A stretch of 64,000 nucleotides of DNA from NCBI GenBank assembly GCA_965219995.1, contig CBDCOX010000002.1, forward strand, positions 1,280,001 to 1,344,000, given 5' to 3'. The translations under genes and the position numbers were made by a program. Numbering within the stretch: position 1 is the first letter of the stretch; the number at the start of each line of letters is the position of its first letter. Shown in pieces: positions 9,524 through 19,963 of the stretch. The notes under the pieces were generated by a model. It did not search any database, was not told the DNA's origin, and saw only the letters and a list, made by a program, of their open reading frames with translations. Source of the stretch: Candidatus Latescibacterota bacterium. GTDB taxonomy: Bacteria > Latescibacterota > UBA2968 > GCA-2709665.

Positions 9524-11302
9524 TTATCGTTCAAGTCCTGCTGGCACTTCTTCCCGGTTGTCCTGGGTCTTCCGGGGTTGCACTTTCGCCAGCGCAGCGT
9601 ACAGGTATTCCCGAATGGCGCCCCGGGTGGGCAGGGCCAGCACCTCGTCGGCCAGCCCTCTCGCCTCTGCCATGGTGATCGACCGAATCGCCTGTTTGAT
9701 CTCCGGAACCATGCGCGGGCCGACGCTGAATCCATCCACCCCGAGCCCCATCAACAGAACGCAACTGTGCGGGTCGCCAGCCATCTCGCCGCAGACGGTT
9801 ACCGGGATGCCGTTCCGGTGCCCTGCGTCCACCACGGACTTGATCAGGCGCAATACGGCGGGATGAAACGGATCGTACAGGTAGGCCACCCGCTCGTTGC
9901 CCCGGTCCACCGCGAGGGTATACTGGACGAGATCGTTGGTGCCTATGCTGAAAAAACTTACCTCGCGCGCCAGCTGATCGGCCACTACGGCCGCGGAGGG
10001 CACCTCGATCACCGCGCCAATCTCGCATCCCTCGTCGAACGGTACGCCGGCCCGCCTCAGTTCGTCGCGGGCGTCATCCAGAACCGACTTGGCATCCATC
10101 AGTTCTTCCACGCCCGATATCATCGGGAACATCAGTTTCACGTTTCCGTGCGCGCTGGACCGGAGGATGGACCGCAACTGAATCCGGAACAGGTCTCTGT
10201 TGGCCAGGGAATGCCGGATGGCGCGCCAGCCCAGAAACGGGTTGGTCTCTTCGTCGGCATGCGAGGCCTGCTCCAGCTTATCGCCGCCCAGGTCCAGCGT
10301 GCGCACCACCAGCGGATGGGGCGCCATCTGTTCGGCAAGGCGTGTGTACGCCGCCGTCTGTTCTTCTTCTCCGGGCAGACTCGATCCGGCTAGGTAAAGG
10401 TATTCGGTACGGAACAGGCCGACACCCTCCGCGCCATACGCGAGTGCTGACCGTCCCTCTTCAGGCAGTTCGATGTTGCCCTGGAGGCACACGGAAACAC
10501 CGTCCAGGGTTTCGGCGGGCACGTCGGTGAACTTCAGCAACCCCTTCTGCAACTCCGTGAACCGGCTGGCTTCGGCGCGGTACCGGCCGAGCGTCTCCGA
10601 GTCAGGCCGGACAATGACCAGCCCGCGATTCCCGTCCACAACCGCTATATCGCCCGGTTCGGCAGATGCCAGGGCCGCCTCGACACCCACCACCGCCGGA
10701 ATCTCCAGCCCTCTTGCAATAATGGACGCATGCGACGTTGCCGCACCCGCTACGGTGACCACGCCCAGCACGCTGTCGCGCTTCATGCGGGCTGCCTGGG
10801 AGGGGGTCAGCTCGTGCGCGATCACGATTGCCGGGGCGGTCATCCCGTCCAGCAACGGGTCTTCCCGCCGGCGCAATCTCGCCAGAACGCGCTTCTCGAC
10901 GTCCAGGATGTCAGCGCGCCTGGCCCTGAAATGCGAGTCCTGAATCGCCTCGAATTGCCGGCGCACTTTCTGAAGGGTGAGCCAGAACGCATATTCCACG
11001 TTCACCCGATCCTTCCGGACCGAAGCCAGGGTGGGCTCCCGCAGGGCCGGGTCTTGCAGGATCATCAGGTGCGCATCGAATATCTGGGCGTGTTCCGCAC
11101 CCAGCTTCTCCTCGACCCGGGCGCGCGTGCCCTTCAGATCTTCCGCGACGGAAGCCAGCGCATCCTGAAACCGCCTCACCTCGCACTCGACCTCCTCGTT
11201 CGAGATGCGCCGGTAGTCCACCCACGGCTCTTCCGGGTCGTGAAGATAGACCGGACCGATGGCGATGCCATTCGACGCCTGGATGCCTTCCATTACCTTC
11301 AT
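9524..11302 (-). CDS. ptsI: Phosphoenolpyruvate-protein phosphotransferase (PTS enzyme I)
   Basis: TSHASIIAR phospho-His motif, GVGLFRTEY, NPFLGWRAIR, SIGTNDLVQY, VCGEMAG. Start placed at MKVMEGI. Confidence 0.96.
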   Translation of the reverse strand: MKVMEGIQASNGIAIGPVYLHDPEEPWVDYRRISNEEVECEVRRFQDALASVAEDLKGTRARVEEKLGAEHAQIFDAHLMILQDPALREPTLASVRKDRVNVEYAFWLTLQKVRRQFEAIQDSHFRARRADILDVEKRVLARLRRREDPLLDGMTAPAIVIAHELTPSQAARMKRDSVLGVVTVAGAATSHASIIARGLEIPAVVGVEAALASAEPGDIAVVDGNRGLVIVRPDSETLGRYRAEASRFTELQKGLLKFTDVPAETLDGVSVCLQGNIELPEEGRSALAYGAEGVGLFRTEYLYLAGSSLPGEEEQTAAYTRLAEQMAPHPLVVRTLDLGGDKLEQASHADEETNPFLGWRAIRHSLANRDLFRIQLRSILRSSAHGNVKLMFPMISGVEELMDAKSVLDDARDELRRAGVPFDEGCEIGAVIEVPSAAVVADQLAREVSFFSIGTNDLVQYTLAVDRGNERVAYLYDPFHPAVLRLIKSVVDAGHRNGIPVTVCGEMAGDPHSCVLLMGLGVDGFSVGPRMVPEIKQAIRSITMAEARGLADEVLALPTRGAIREYLYAALAKVQPRKTQDNREEVPAGLER

Positions 11303-11382
11303 CGGTATGCAGCCCTTCGAGTGGGAGAGAACCTCGCAATGCCGGGCGGCGGATTCCGGAAACCGGTCTCCAGTGCGAAACG

Positions 11383-11643
11383 TCAATCGAATTTGCCTTC
11401 GATCATCCGCACGATTACATCGAGCGCTTCCTCTTCATCCGGGCCCGCGGCGCGGACGCGAATTGTGGAATCCGTCTCCGCGGCAAGCATCATTACGCCC
11501 ATGATGCTCTTCCCGTTGACTTCGATCCCATCCTTGATCAGAGTAATCTCCGATACAAACTTTGCGGCCGCCTGCACAAGAAGGGCCGACGGCCGCGCAT
11601 GGATACCCAACCTGTTTTTTACCGTGGCTTGTCGTTCCGCCAT
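11383..11643 (-). CDS. ptsH: Phosphocarrier protein HPr
   Basis: GIHARP (His15) and NGKSIMGVMML (Ser46). Confidence 0.96.
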   Translation of the reverse strand: MAERQATVKNRLGIHARPSALLVQAAAKFVSEITLIKDGIEVNGKSIMGVMMLAAETDSTIRVRAAGPDEEEALDVIVRMIEGKFD

Positions 11644-11839
11644 AACCTGTTCGTATCGTTATGTCAGCCCATACAGGAAGGCTACAATCTATCTAAATCC
11701 CGCCATCATGTCAAGCGCCGCCGAGCCTGTCCGAAGCCGCCTCCACCTCCTCCATTCCCCCGCGGCCGCGCTGCCAGAAAAAAACCGCCAGGCACCTTCC
11801 TGGCGGCTGAGACCTCCCGGTACTCCGGCCGGCGGATTC

Positions 11840-12586
11840 CTACCCGCCGTGTACGGCGCCGGCAAACTCGCGCACCAGCGCCGGGTCCCGTCGGGCTTCC
11901 AGAATGCTGCCCACCACGACAAAGTCGGCGCCGGCCGCCGCTTTCGCCCCGGCATCGCCGGGTTTACGGATGCCTCCGCCGACGATCACCGGAATTGCGA
12001 CGTTTCCCGCAACCGCCGAAACCATGTCATCTGACACCATCCGTTCGGCCCCGCTGCCCGCGTCCATATAGACGCATTGCATCCCAAGGTACTGGGCGGC
12101 CAGGGCGTGCGCGGTCGCTATCTCCGGCTTGTCTCCGGGCATCGGTTTGGTGTTGCTGATGTACTCCGCCGTGGTCTGCCGGCCGGAATCCACCAGCATA
12201 TAGCCGGTTGAAATCGTCTCCAGGCCGTACGCCCTGACAATGGGCGCCGCTTTCACCTGCTGCCCGATCAACAGGTCCGGATTGCGCCCGCTGATCATGC
12301 ACAGAAAGAGAATGGCGTCGGCGGCCGACGAAACCTGGTTCATATCCGGACCGGGAAAAATCAGAACCGGAATTCCGATCGCGCGTTTGACCTCTCTGAC
12401 CACCCGGTCGAAATCGGTGTAGAGCAGAAAGCTGCCGCCAATCAAGAGGGCGTCGGCGCCGTTTTCGGCGCACATCACGGCCGTATGGACCACGTCCTGC
12501 TTGTCCATCCGGTCGGGATCCAGAAGGCATAAAAAGCCTGCGCCCCGCTGTCTGAGGACCCCATTAAGGTGGTCGTAGGTCGACAT
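11840..12586 (-). CDS. Geranylgeranylglyceryl-phosphate synthase, group II type (GGGPS/PcrB family)
   Basis: LLDPD, IGGS, IFPG, ISGRNPDLLIGQQV, TGYMLVDSG, AAQYLGM..VYMDAGSGA, IVGGGIR. Confidence 0.9.
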   Translation of the reverse strand: MSTYDHLNGVLRQRGAGFLCLLDPDRMDKQDVVHTAVMCAENGADALLIGGSFLLYTDFDRVVREVKRAIGIPVLIFPGPDMNQVSSAADAILFLCMISGRNPDLLIGQQVKAAPIVRAYGLETISTGYMLVDSGRQTTAEYISNTKPMPGDKPEIATAHALAAQYLGMQCVYMDAGSGAERMVSDDMVSAVAGNVAIPVIVGGGIRKPGDAGAKAAAGADFVVVGSILEARRDPALVREFAGAVHGG

Positions 12587-12596
12587 GAGCTCTGAC

Positions 12597-15218
12597 TTAC
12601 CTTGCCAATTGTGCACGAACAATGCCGGGAACCCGGGCGAGCGCGTCGGACATCTTCTCGGGATGCCTGCCCCCCGCCTGCGCGAGGTGGGGACGGCCGC
12701 CGCCGCCGCCGCCAACCAGTTCAGCCACCGCCTTGACAATGGGTCCCGCCTGCACGCCCCGCCGGATGAGGTCGTCCGTCACCACCGCGATCAGGGAGGC
12801 GTTTCCGTTCAAGGCCGCGCCCAGCACGCCCACGCCGGACCCCAGGGTTTCCCGAAGCCGGTCGCCCATTTCCCTGAATGCCTCCATGTCCGCCGGTTGA
12901 ACGGCGGTCGCCACCACCCGGACCCCGTCCACATCGACCGCTTCGCCGGCCAGGTCGCGCATCCGCTCCCCCGCCGACGCGCTCCGCAGGGATTGAACCG
13001 TCCGCTCGAGTTCCCGGTTTCGAGTGATCAACCGATTGACCCGATCGGGCAGCGCATGGGCATCCACGCTCATGAGACCCTCCAGAGCGGCGAGGGTGGA
13101 CCGCTGCTTTCCAATGAGCGCCTCAACGCCCGCCGCGGTGACAGCCTCCACCCTCCGGACGCCGGACGCCGTGCCCGTCTCGGCCGTCAGCTGGAGCATG
13201 CCGATCTGACCCGTGGATCCCACGTGGGTGCCCCCGCAAAGTTCCAGGCTGAAGTCCCCGACACGCACCGTCCGTACGACGTCTCCGTATTTTTCGGAAA
13301 ACAGCATGCGGGCGCCCATCCGACGGGCCTCATCGAGGCCGACCATTTCGGTTTCCACTGCGAGGTCGCGGCGGATGACCCGATTCACGAGTTGCACGAT
13401 CTGCTCCTGCTGATCCGGTGAAACGGCTTCGAAGTGATTGAAATCGAAACGCAGCCGGTCCGGCGCCACCAGCGAACCGGCCTGATTCACGTGGTCGCCG
13501 AGCACCTGGCGAAGGGCTTCGTGAAGCAGGTGGGTGGCCGTATGGTTGCGGGCGGTTTCCATCCGGCGACCGGCGTCGACACGCGCTTCCACGAGGGCGC
13601 CTTCCAGCGTGTCGGCGCTTCCCCGCGACAGACGCCCCCTGTGCACAATGCCCTCACCCGACCGGAACGTCTCGTCGACGCAGACCTCCAGGTCCCCGTT
13701 CCCGATGCGCCCCTGATCGCCTACCTGCCCTCCCGCTTCGGCGTAGAACGGCGTCTCCTGAAGATAGACGTCCACCCGCCCGTCATCCCCGGACTTCCAC
13801 GCCACGACGCGGGTATCGAGCACAAGACGCTCGTACCCGAGAAACACGGAGTGTTCATCGGGAAGGAAATCGTCCGAAACCGCCTCCTGAGACGCGAAGA
13901 CCCGGCGCCCCGCCTCCCGTGAGCGCGCCTGCTGGGCCGCCATCTCCTCTTCAAAACCTTGCAGGTCCACCGCCAGACCGCGCTCCGCGCCCATCAACTG
14001 GGTGAGGTCGATCGGAAAACCGTAGGTGTCATACAGGCGAAACGCGTCCCGGCCGGATATTCTGCCCTCGCGGGAGACGACTTCGAACATCTCCAGCCCG
14101 CGGTCGAGCGTCTTCCCGAACCCTTCTTCCTCGGACCGGATGACCCTGGATATATGCCCGGCCTGTTCCGCCACCTCGGGAAAAACGTCTCCCATGACCC
14201 GTACGACAACGGGCACCAGCCCGTGGATGAACGGATCGTGCATTCCCAGTGTGCGCCCGTATCGCGCCGCGCGTCTCAGGATCCGCCGGAGCACGTACCC
14301 GCGTCCCTCGTTGGAGGGCAGCACCCCGTCCGCGACGGCGAAACACAGGGTGCGGACATGATCGGCGATGACCCGCATGGCCACGAGGTTTTCGTCGTTG
14401 TACGGTCTCCCGCTGATCTCGCCGATCGCGGCAAGAATGGGCTGGAACAGATCGGTATCGTACGTGGACTCCACGCCCTGCAGCACGGTGCAGATGCGCT
14501 CGAACCCCATTCCGGTATCCACGTGCTTGTCGGGAAGCGGATGCAGCACGCCGTCGGCGTCGCGGTTGAACTGGATGAAGACCAGATTCCAGATTTCAAC
14601 CGAATCCGGCCCGTCCAGATCGGGTCCCTCGCGGTACCAGGACGCGGGATCGTCTCCCTGATAGTAATGCACCTCAGAACACGGCCCGCACGGGCCGGTC
14701 TCGCCCATCTGCCAGAAGTTATCGGTCTTGTCCAGCCGAAACACCCGGTCCGCCGGGAGGTCCGTTACCTCCGTCCACAGCGCTTCCGCCTCCTCGTCCG
14801 GCGCCAGTCCGTCGGCGTCGTCTCCTCCGAATACGGTGGCGCAGAGTCGGTCTTTGGGCAGCCCCCAGACCTCGGTCAGCAATTCCCACGCCCACGCGAT
14901 GGCCTCCCGCTTGAAATAGTCTCCGAACGACCAGTTGCCCAGCATTTCGAAAAACGTATGATGCTGAGCACTGAAGCCCACCTCCTCCAGGTCGTTGTGA
15001 TGCCCCGAGACCCGAATGCATTTCTGCGTATCCACCGCCCGCCGGTAGTCCCGGCGGCCGGTGCCCAGAAACACATCCTTGAACTGATTCATCCCCGCAT
15101 TGGTAAACAGCAGGGTGGCATCGTCCTGCGGCGCGACGGGCGCGCTCGGCACGATCCGGTGACCCCTCGCCTCGAAGAACCGCAGATAATCGGAACGTAT
15201 GTCGGTCGAAGTCTTCAT
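12597..15218 (-). CDS. alaS: Alanine--tRNA ligase
   Basis: LLFTNAGMNQFK, HHTFFEMLGNWSFGDYFK, NHTATHLLH, ELCGGTH, GGGGGRP. Confidence 0.98.
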   Translation of the reverse strand: MKTSTDIRSDYLRFFEARGHRIVPSAPVAPQDDATLLFTNAGMNQFKDVFLGTGRRDYRRAVDTQKCIRVSGHHNDLEEVGFSAQHHTFFEMLGNWSFGDYFKREAIAWAWELLTEVWGLPKDRLCATVFGGDDADGLAPDEEAEALWTEVTDLPADRVFRLDKTDNFWQMGETGPCGPCSEVHYYQGDDPASWYREGPDLDGPDSVEIWNLVFIQFNRDADGVLHPLPDKHVDTGMGFERICTVLQGVESTYDTDLFQPILAAIGEISGRPYNDENLVAMRVIADHVRTLCFAVADGVLPSNEGRGYVLRRILRRAARYGRTLGMHDPFIHGLVPVVVRVMGDVFPEVAEQAGHISRVIRSEEEGFGKTLDRGLEMFEVVSREGRISGRDAFRLYDTYGFPIDLTQLMGAERGLAVDLQGFEEEMAAQQARSREAGRRVFASQEAVSDDFLPDEHSVFLGYERLVLDTRVVAWKSGDDGRVDVYLQETPFYAEAGGQVGDQGRIGNGDLEVCVDETFRSGEGIVHRGRLSRGSADTLEGALVEARVDAGRRMETARNHTATHLLHEALRQVLGDHVNQAGSLVAPDRLRFDFNHFEAVSPDQQEQIVQLVNRVIRRDLAVETEMVGLDEARRMGARMLFSEKYGDVVRTVRVGDFSLELCGGTHVGSTGQIGMLQLTAETGTASGVRRVEAVTAAGVEALIGKQRSTLAALEGLMSVDAHALPDRVNRLITRNRELERTVQSLRSASAGERMRDLAGEAVDVDGVRVVATAVQPADMEAFREMGDRLRETLGSGVGVLGAALNGNASLIAVVTDDLIRRGVQAGPIVKAVAELVGGGGGGRPHLAQAGGRHPEKMSDALARVPGIVRAQLAR

Positions 15219-15275
15219 ATTCCGAAACGGTTTTGTTGACACGGGCGCCTGGGAATCGCGGCGCCCGATTCCGGC

Positions 15276-15815
15276 TCACGCCTCCGGTGCGCCGTCGCGT
15301 CCGCTTTCGCTGAATTCCAGCCAGGCCCGCTGCGCCGCCGCCTGCGCCACGGCCCCGAATCCGCGACGCCCCAGGAACCCGTACATTCTCGAGAGCGCCT
15401 TCCGCCTGTCGACGCCGTCGTATTGCCCGCGTCGTGACCTAAGAAGCTCCAATGCGACGGCTTCCGGGTCCACGTGGGCGAACACCTCATCCAGCGCTTC
15501 ATCGGCCGTAGCGGCGTCGATGCCCCTTTTCTTCAGATCGTGCCGGAGCAGGGCAGGGCCCGAGGGTCGACGACGCATGCGTTCTTCAACGAAGCGGAGG
15601 GCAAAATCCCGGTCGTCGACCAACTTCAGCCTGCCCAACACCTCGAGGGTCTGCTCGATCACGGACTCGTCAAACCCACGCCGGCGCAGCCTTTCTTTCA
15701 CTTCCGAGCACGAGTACGCCCGCGCGCTCAGCAGTCGAAACGCCGCGTTCTTCGCCTTTTCGACCTCGGTCTGTCGATCCGACGGCGAACGGGAATCCGG
15801 TTTCATCCGCGGCAC
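15276..15815 (-). CDS. recX: Regulatory protein RecX
   Basis: LLSARAYS..EV..RL, VDDRDFA, FLGRRGF. Directly downstream of recA. Confidence 0.9.
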   Translation of the reverse strand: MPRMKPDSRSPSDRQTEVEKAKNAAFRLLSARAYSCSEVKERLRRRGFDESVIEQTLEVLGRLKLVDDRDFALRFVEERMRRRPSGPALLRHDLKKRGIDAATADEALDEVFAHVDPEAVALELLRSRRGQYDGVDRRKALSRMYGFLGRRGFGAVAQAAAQRAWLEFSESGRDGAPEA

Positions 15816-15833
15816 CTCGATGACTGGATTTCC

Positions 15834-16862
15834 CTAACCGTCCGCCGCGCCGTTATCCGCCAGGCCCACGGCCTCGCGCACGCGGGTCTCGATCTCCGAG
15901 GCGAGCGCCGGATGCTCCTTCAAATGGTTCTTTACGTTTTCACGCCCCTGCCCCAGGCGGTCGTTGCCGTAGGAGAACCACGTGCCGCTCTTGTTCACGA
16001 TTCCGTGGAGTTCGGCAATATCCAGAAGACTGCCTTCTTTCGAGATGCCCTCTCCGAACATCAGATCGAACTCCGCTTCCTTGAACGGCGCGGCCATCTT
16101 GTTCTTGACGACCCGGACGCGGACCCGGTTGCCCGTGACTTCCTGGCCGTCCTTGATGGCCCCGATCCGACGGATGTCCATCCGCACCGACGCGTAGAAC
16201 TTGAGCGCGTTGCCGCCGGAGGTTGTTTCGGGATTGCCGAACATCACGCCGATCTTCATCCGGATCTGGTTGGTGAACATCACACACGTCTTGGACCTGC
16301 TGATCGAGCCCGAGAGCTTTCGCAGCGCCTGGGACATCAGCCGCGCCTGCAATCCCACGTGGGAATCGCCCATGTCTCCCTCGAGTTCCGCGCGGGGCAC
16401 AAGCGCCGCGACCGAGTCCACCACCACCGCGTCGAATCCGCCGCTGCGCACGAGCGTGTCGGTGATTTCAAGAGCCTCTTCACCGGTATCGGGCTGTGAA
16501 ATGAGCAGGTTCTCCAGATCGACCCCGATCCGCTCGGCGAGCTCTACGTTGAGCGCATGTTCCGCGTCGACGAACGCGCACGTGCCGCCGGTCCGCTGCG
16601 CCTCCGCGATGACGTGCAGGGTCAGCGTGGTCTTACCGGATCCCTCCGGGCCGTATATCTCGACGACGCGGCCCCGCGGCACGCCGCCCGCCCCAAGGGC
16701 GACGTCCAGCGCGAGCGCGCCTGTCGGAATCACTTCGACGGCCACCTGTCCGTCCTCCTCACCGCCCAGCCGCATGATGGAACCCTGACCGAACTGCTTT
16801 TCGATTTGCGAGATGGCCAGATCAATGGCCTTCTCCTTGCCGGCGCCATTCCGTTTCGACAT
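15834..16862 (-). CDS. recA: Recombinase A
   Basis: [41 protein letters not shown]. Start at MSKRNG after an AGGAGG site. Confidence 0.99.
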   Translation of the reverse strand: MSKRNGAGKEKAIDLAISQIEKQFGQGSIMRLGGEEDGQVAVEVIPTGALALDVALGAGGVPRGRVVEIYGPEGSGKTTLTLHVIAEAQRTGGTCAFVDAEHALNVELAERIGVDLENLLISQPDTGEEALEITDTLVRSGGFDAVVVDSVAALVPRAELEGDMGDSHVGLQARLMSQALRKLSGSISRSKTCVMFTNQIRMKIGVMFGNPETTSGGNALKFYASVRMDIRRIGAIKDGQEVTGNRVRVRVVKNKMAAPFKEAEFDLMFGEGISKEGSLLDIAELHGIVNKSGTWFSYGNDRLGQGRENVKNHLKEHPALASEIETRVREAVGLADNGAADG

Positions 16863-16961
16863 CGCGTTGCCCCTCCTGACTGAATTTGCCCGTTGGATCA
16901 CGGCGCAGCCCACGGCCTGTGAGGAGCCCGATTCCCTGCGCCGAAACACATGCGAACGCCA

Positions 16962-16990
16962 ACTGTGACGAACATCCGTTCATGAGTCAA
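16962..16990 (-). promoter_or_regulatory. recA sigma70-type promoter with an overlapping GAAC-N4-GTTC SOS box
   Basis: Minus strand reads TTGACT-17 nt-CACAGT. The palindrome GAAC-ATCC-GTTC (16970-16981) lies in the spacer. Confidence 0.65.
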
Positions 16991-17186
16991 TAACCAATAC
17001 CGGATGGTGGGTGAAATTCCCCGGAAGAATCGGGGAAGCCGCGCGGTGTCCCGTCCCGGGATGGTGTGACCCGAACATGGGACGGAACACACGATGCACG
17101 AATTAATATATCCGCAGTCTGATGAGAAGTCAAGCCCTCCCCGGCTCGAAAAAGCCCCCCGGAGGTCGCGTTGCCGTTCGAACCGG

Positions 17187-17756
17187 TCAACCCGACGATC
17201 GCGACCCGGTTAGACGCGCACGTCCCAGCGCCTTATACACAGCGCCGCCCGACCTCAACTCGCTGCTGTACAACACGATACGGTCCGCGCCGAAGCGAAC
17301 CGACGGGACCGCGCCGGCCAGTCCCGCGGGCAGACGCACCGCGCCTTTTTTCGCGCGCGCAAGCGTCAGATGAGGATGGAACCGCCGCTCCTCCTTCTTG
17401 ATCCCGATCCTGCAAATCGTGTCCTCGAGGTCGGCCCGGAGCATGTCCAGAAGCGCGGTCTCCCCACCCACGTCCAGCCAGATCACCCTCGCGCGATCCG
17501 GGTTGGGTGCGCTCACGTCCGTGGTGTGCAACGCCATCGGCGGCGTCCGACCGGCCGCCGACCGCATGGCCTCCAGGATGAGCGGCACCGAGGCCGATTC
17601 CACGTTACCCAGGAACTTGAGGGTGAGATGCATGCCCTCCTGCCTCACCCACCTGAGCCGCGCATCCAGGTCTGCAAGACATCTCCGCGCGGCCGCACAG
17701 GCCGGGACCACCGCCCTTGGGAGTTCAACGGCCACAAATGCGCGCAACGTCGTCAT
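17187..17756 (-). CDS. thpR: RNA 2',3'-cyclic phosphodiesterase (2H family)
   Basis: RAFVAV, two HxT motifs (MHLTLKFLG, PHLTLAR), GAVY. Conserved position before recA. Confidence 0.92.
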   Translation of the reverse strand: MTTLRAFVAVELPRAVVPACAAARRCLADLDARLRWVRQEGMHLTLKFLGNVESASVPLILEAMRSAAGRTPPMALHTTDVSAPNPDRARVIWLDVGGETALLDMLRADLEDTICRIGIKKEERRFHPHLTLARAKKGAVRLPAGLAGAVPSVRFGADRIVLYSSELRSGGAVYKALGRARLTGSRSSG

Positions 17757-17813
17757 CGATGTCCCGTCCGTGAACAAGGTACAGGTCGGGCAGTCTGTTA
17801 CCGGGATGGTACG

Positions 17814-18275
17814 CTAACCGCTCCACAGGGCCAGGCCCGCCCGAATCAGGAGATTTCCGTAAATCCCCGCGATCACGTCGTCCATGACCACACCCCACCC
17901 TCCGGGCAGTTTTTCGGATGCCCTTGCAGGCGGCGGCTTCAGGATGTCCAGCACGCGGAAAATAAAAAATCCGGCAACCCCCACCCCTGGCGACAGCGGC
18001 AGGAAGGCTACCGTGAAATAGAACCCCGCAAACTCGTCGATGACCACCGGTCCGGGGTCCGGACCCCAGGCCCTTTCTCCCGCGGAGGCGGTACGGACGG
18101 CGACCGCAACCGTCAGGACCAGCAAAAGACACCAGGCAGGAAACCCGATCCCCGGCGCCAGGAAACAGGCCGCGAGGTACGGGACCATCGCCGCGGCCGT
18201 ACCCGCCGTGCCCGGCGCGACCGGGACGTATCCGGAGAAGAATCCCGTGGCGAGCACCCGGGTCCACAGATTCAA
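17814..18275 (-). CDS. pgpA: Phosphatidylglycerophosphatase A
   Basis: GYVPVAPGTAGT, DPGPVVIDEFAG, FRVLDILKPPP, MDDVIAG. TTG start after GGAGG. Confidence 0.93.
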   Translation of the reverse strand: MNLWTRVLATGFFSGYVPVAPGTAGTAAAMVPYLAACFLAPGIGFPAWCLLLVLTVAVAVRTASAGERAWGPDPGPVVIDEFAGFYFTVAFLPLSPGVGVAGFFIFRVLDILKPPPARASEKLPGGWGVVMDDVIAGIYGNLLIRAGLALWSG

Positions 18276-18306
18276 GTCGGCGGCCTCCGATCCCCGGTTC
18301 AGGCTG

Positions 18307-18957
18307 TCAGGCCTGGTCCCGGCCGTGTTCCACCAGATAGAGGACGCCCGACACGACCGCAAGCAGGGTAACCGCCGCCACAAGGACGTTGAGGACCATC
18401 TGCGAACCCGTATCCACGAGTACCAGAGGCTGAGAGGTCAGCTCAGCGGTTATCACGCGCACGTTGATGAAGACCAGGATGCCGAATGCCAGCACCAGTT
18501 GCAGCATGGTCTTCCATTTCGCCAGACGGGACGTGACCACCGGACATCCTTTGCGGATCGCGTACACCCGCAGGCAGGTGATCACGGCATCGCGGAACAG
18601 CATGGCGCCCACCAGCCATGCCTCGACCATCCCCAGGAGCACGAAGGAAATGAGGGCCGAGGAAACCAGCAGTTTGTCGGCAAGCGGATCCATGAACCGC
18701 CCGAGGCTGGTCACCGTCTTGTCGCGGCGCGCGAACCAGCCGTCGAAGAAGTCGGTCAGCGACGCCACGGTGAACACCAGCAGCGCGAGGATCTTGTTGA
18801 ATCCGCTGTCGGAAAAAATCAGCGCCAGAAAGACCGGGGTCAGGACAATCCTCAATCCGGTCAGGATATTCGGAAACGTGACCATCCGGTCGGCGGGCTG
18901 CGGCTTCGGCAGCCGGATCCCCTGCGGCCTGCCGCGAAGTGTATCGGTGCGGTTCAT
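18307..18957 (-). CDS. pgsA: CDP-diacylglycerol--glycerol-3-phosphate 3-phosphatidyltransferase
   Basis: PNILTGLRI and TDFFDGWFARR...G.FMDPLADK (CDP-alcohol phosphotransferase signature). Confidence 0.9.
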   Translation of the reverse strand: MNRTDTLRGRPQGIRLPKPQPADRMVTFPNILTGLRIVLTPVFLALIFSDSGFNKILALLVFTVASLTDFFDGWFARRDKTVTSLGRFMDPLADKLLVSSALISFVLLGMVEAWLVGAMLFRDAVITCLRVYAIRKGCPVVTSRLAKWKTMLQLVLAFGILVFINVRVITAELTSQPLVLVDTGSQMVLNVLVAAVTLLAVVSGVLYLVEHGRDQA

Positions 18958-19547
18958 AGTTCTCTACGTCCATCCAGGGCCCGGGCAAGCGTGACCTGGT
19001 CGGCCAGCGCGAGGTCGCTTCCAACGGGCAGGCCCCGCGCGATCTGCGTGACGGTCACGTCGTGCGCTTCCAGGATCTGCTTGAGGTACTGCGCGGTCGC
19101 GTCGCCTTCGACGGTGGGTCCGTTCGCCAGAATCACTTCCCGAATCCCGCCGCCGTTCAGCCGCGCCACAAGGGGTTGGATGTTCAACTCGTCCGGTCCG
19201 ATGCCGTCAAGGGGGGAGATCCGTCCTCCCAGGACGTGATAGAGGCCGCTATAAGCCCGCATCCGTTCCAGCGCCAGCAGGTCGCCGACGAAATCGACCA
19301 CCATCACCTGCGACCGGTCCCGCCGCTCATCCTGGCATATGGGGCAGGGATCGCTTTCCGACAGGTTGAAGCATGCGCCGCATGCCCGGACCCGGGTCTT
19401 CACCTCCACCATCAGTTCGGCCAGCGCGCGCACGTCTTCCGACTTCCACGTGAGAACGTCCAGCGCAATCCGCCGCGCGGACTTTTCGCCGATGCCCGGC
19501 AGCCGTCCCAACCCGGCCGCCAGCCGGTCGATGGCATTGGAAGCCAT
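18954..19547 (-). CDS. recR: Recombination mediator RecR
   Basis: LPGIGEKSARR, C4 zinc finger, YHVLGGRISPLDGIGP, IARGLPVG. Confidence 0.96.
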   Translation of the reverse strand: MASNAIDRLAAGLGRLPGIGEKSARRIALDVLTWKSEDVRALAELMVEVKTRVRACGACFNLSESDPCPICQDERRDRSQVMVVDFVGDLLALERMRAYSGLYHVLGGRISPLDGIGPDELNIQPLVARLNGGGIREVILANGPTVEGDATAQYLKQILEAHDVTVTQIARGLPVGSDLALADQVTLARALDGRREL

Positions 19548-19626
19548 CCTCACTCTCCTGGAATGCGGTTGCTGGAACCATTCGTCGTTCCCGGGGGCTT
19601 TCCGCATTTCAAACGATCGACGACTG

Positions 19627-19950
19627 CTATATGCCCAGGTTGACGCCCGGCGGCAACATCCCTGCCGTTGCCCTTTGCATTTCCCGGTCGGCCATATCCT
19701 GCGCCTTTTCCCGGGCCTGCTGTATCGCGGCCATGATCAGGTCTTCCAGCATTTCCACGTCCTCGGGGTCCACCACTTCCGGGTCGATTCTGACCCCCAC
19801 GATCTGCTGTTGCCCGTTGGCCCGCGCCACCACCATGCCGCCGCCCGCCGAACCCTCCACCTCCCTGGACGCCAGTTCCTCCTGCACCTTCGCCAGTTTG
19901 GCCTGCAGCTTCTGGGCCTGCTTCATCATTCCCGCCATGCCCTTCGCCAT
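19627..19950 (-). CDS. ybaB: YbaB/EbfC nucleoid-associated protein
   Basis: MMKQAQKLQ, GSAGGGMV, EMLEDLIMAA. Lies between dnaX and recR. Confidence 0.95.
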   Translation of the reverse strand: MAKGMAGMMKQAQKLQAKLAKVQEELASREVEGSAGGGMVVARANGQQQIVGVRIDPEVVDPEDVEMLEDLIMAAIQQAREKAQDMADREMQRATAGMLPPGVNLGI

Positions 19951-19963
19951 CGCGTCCTCCCCG

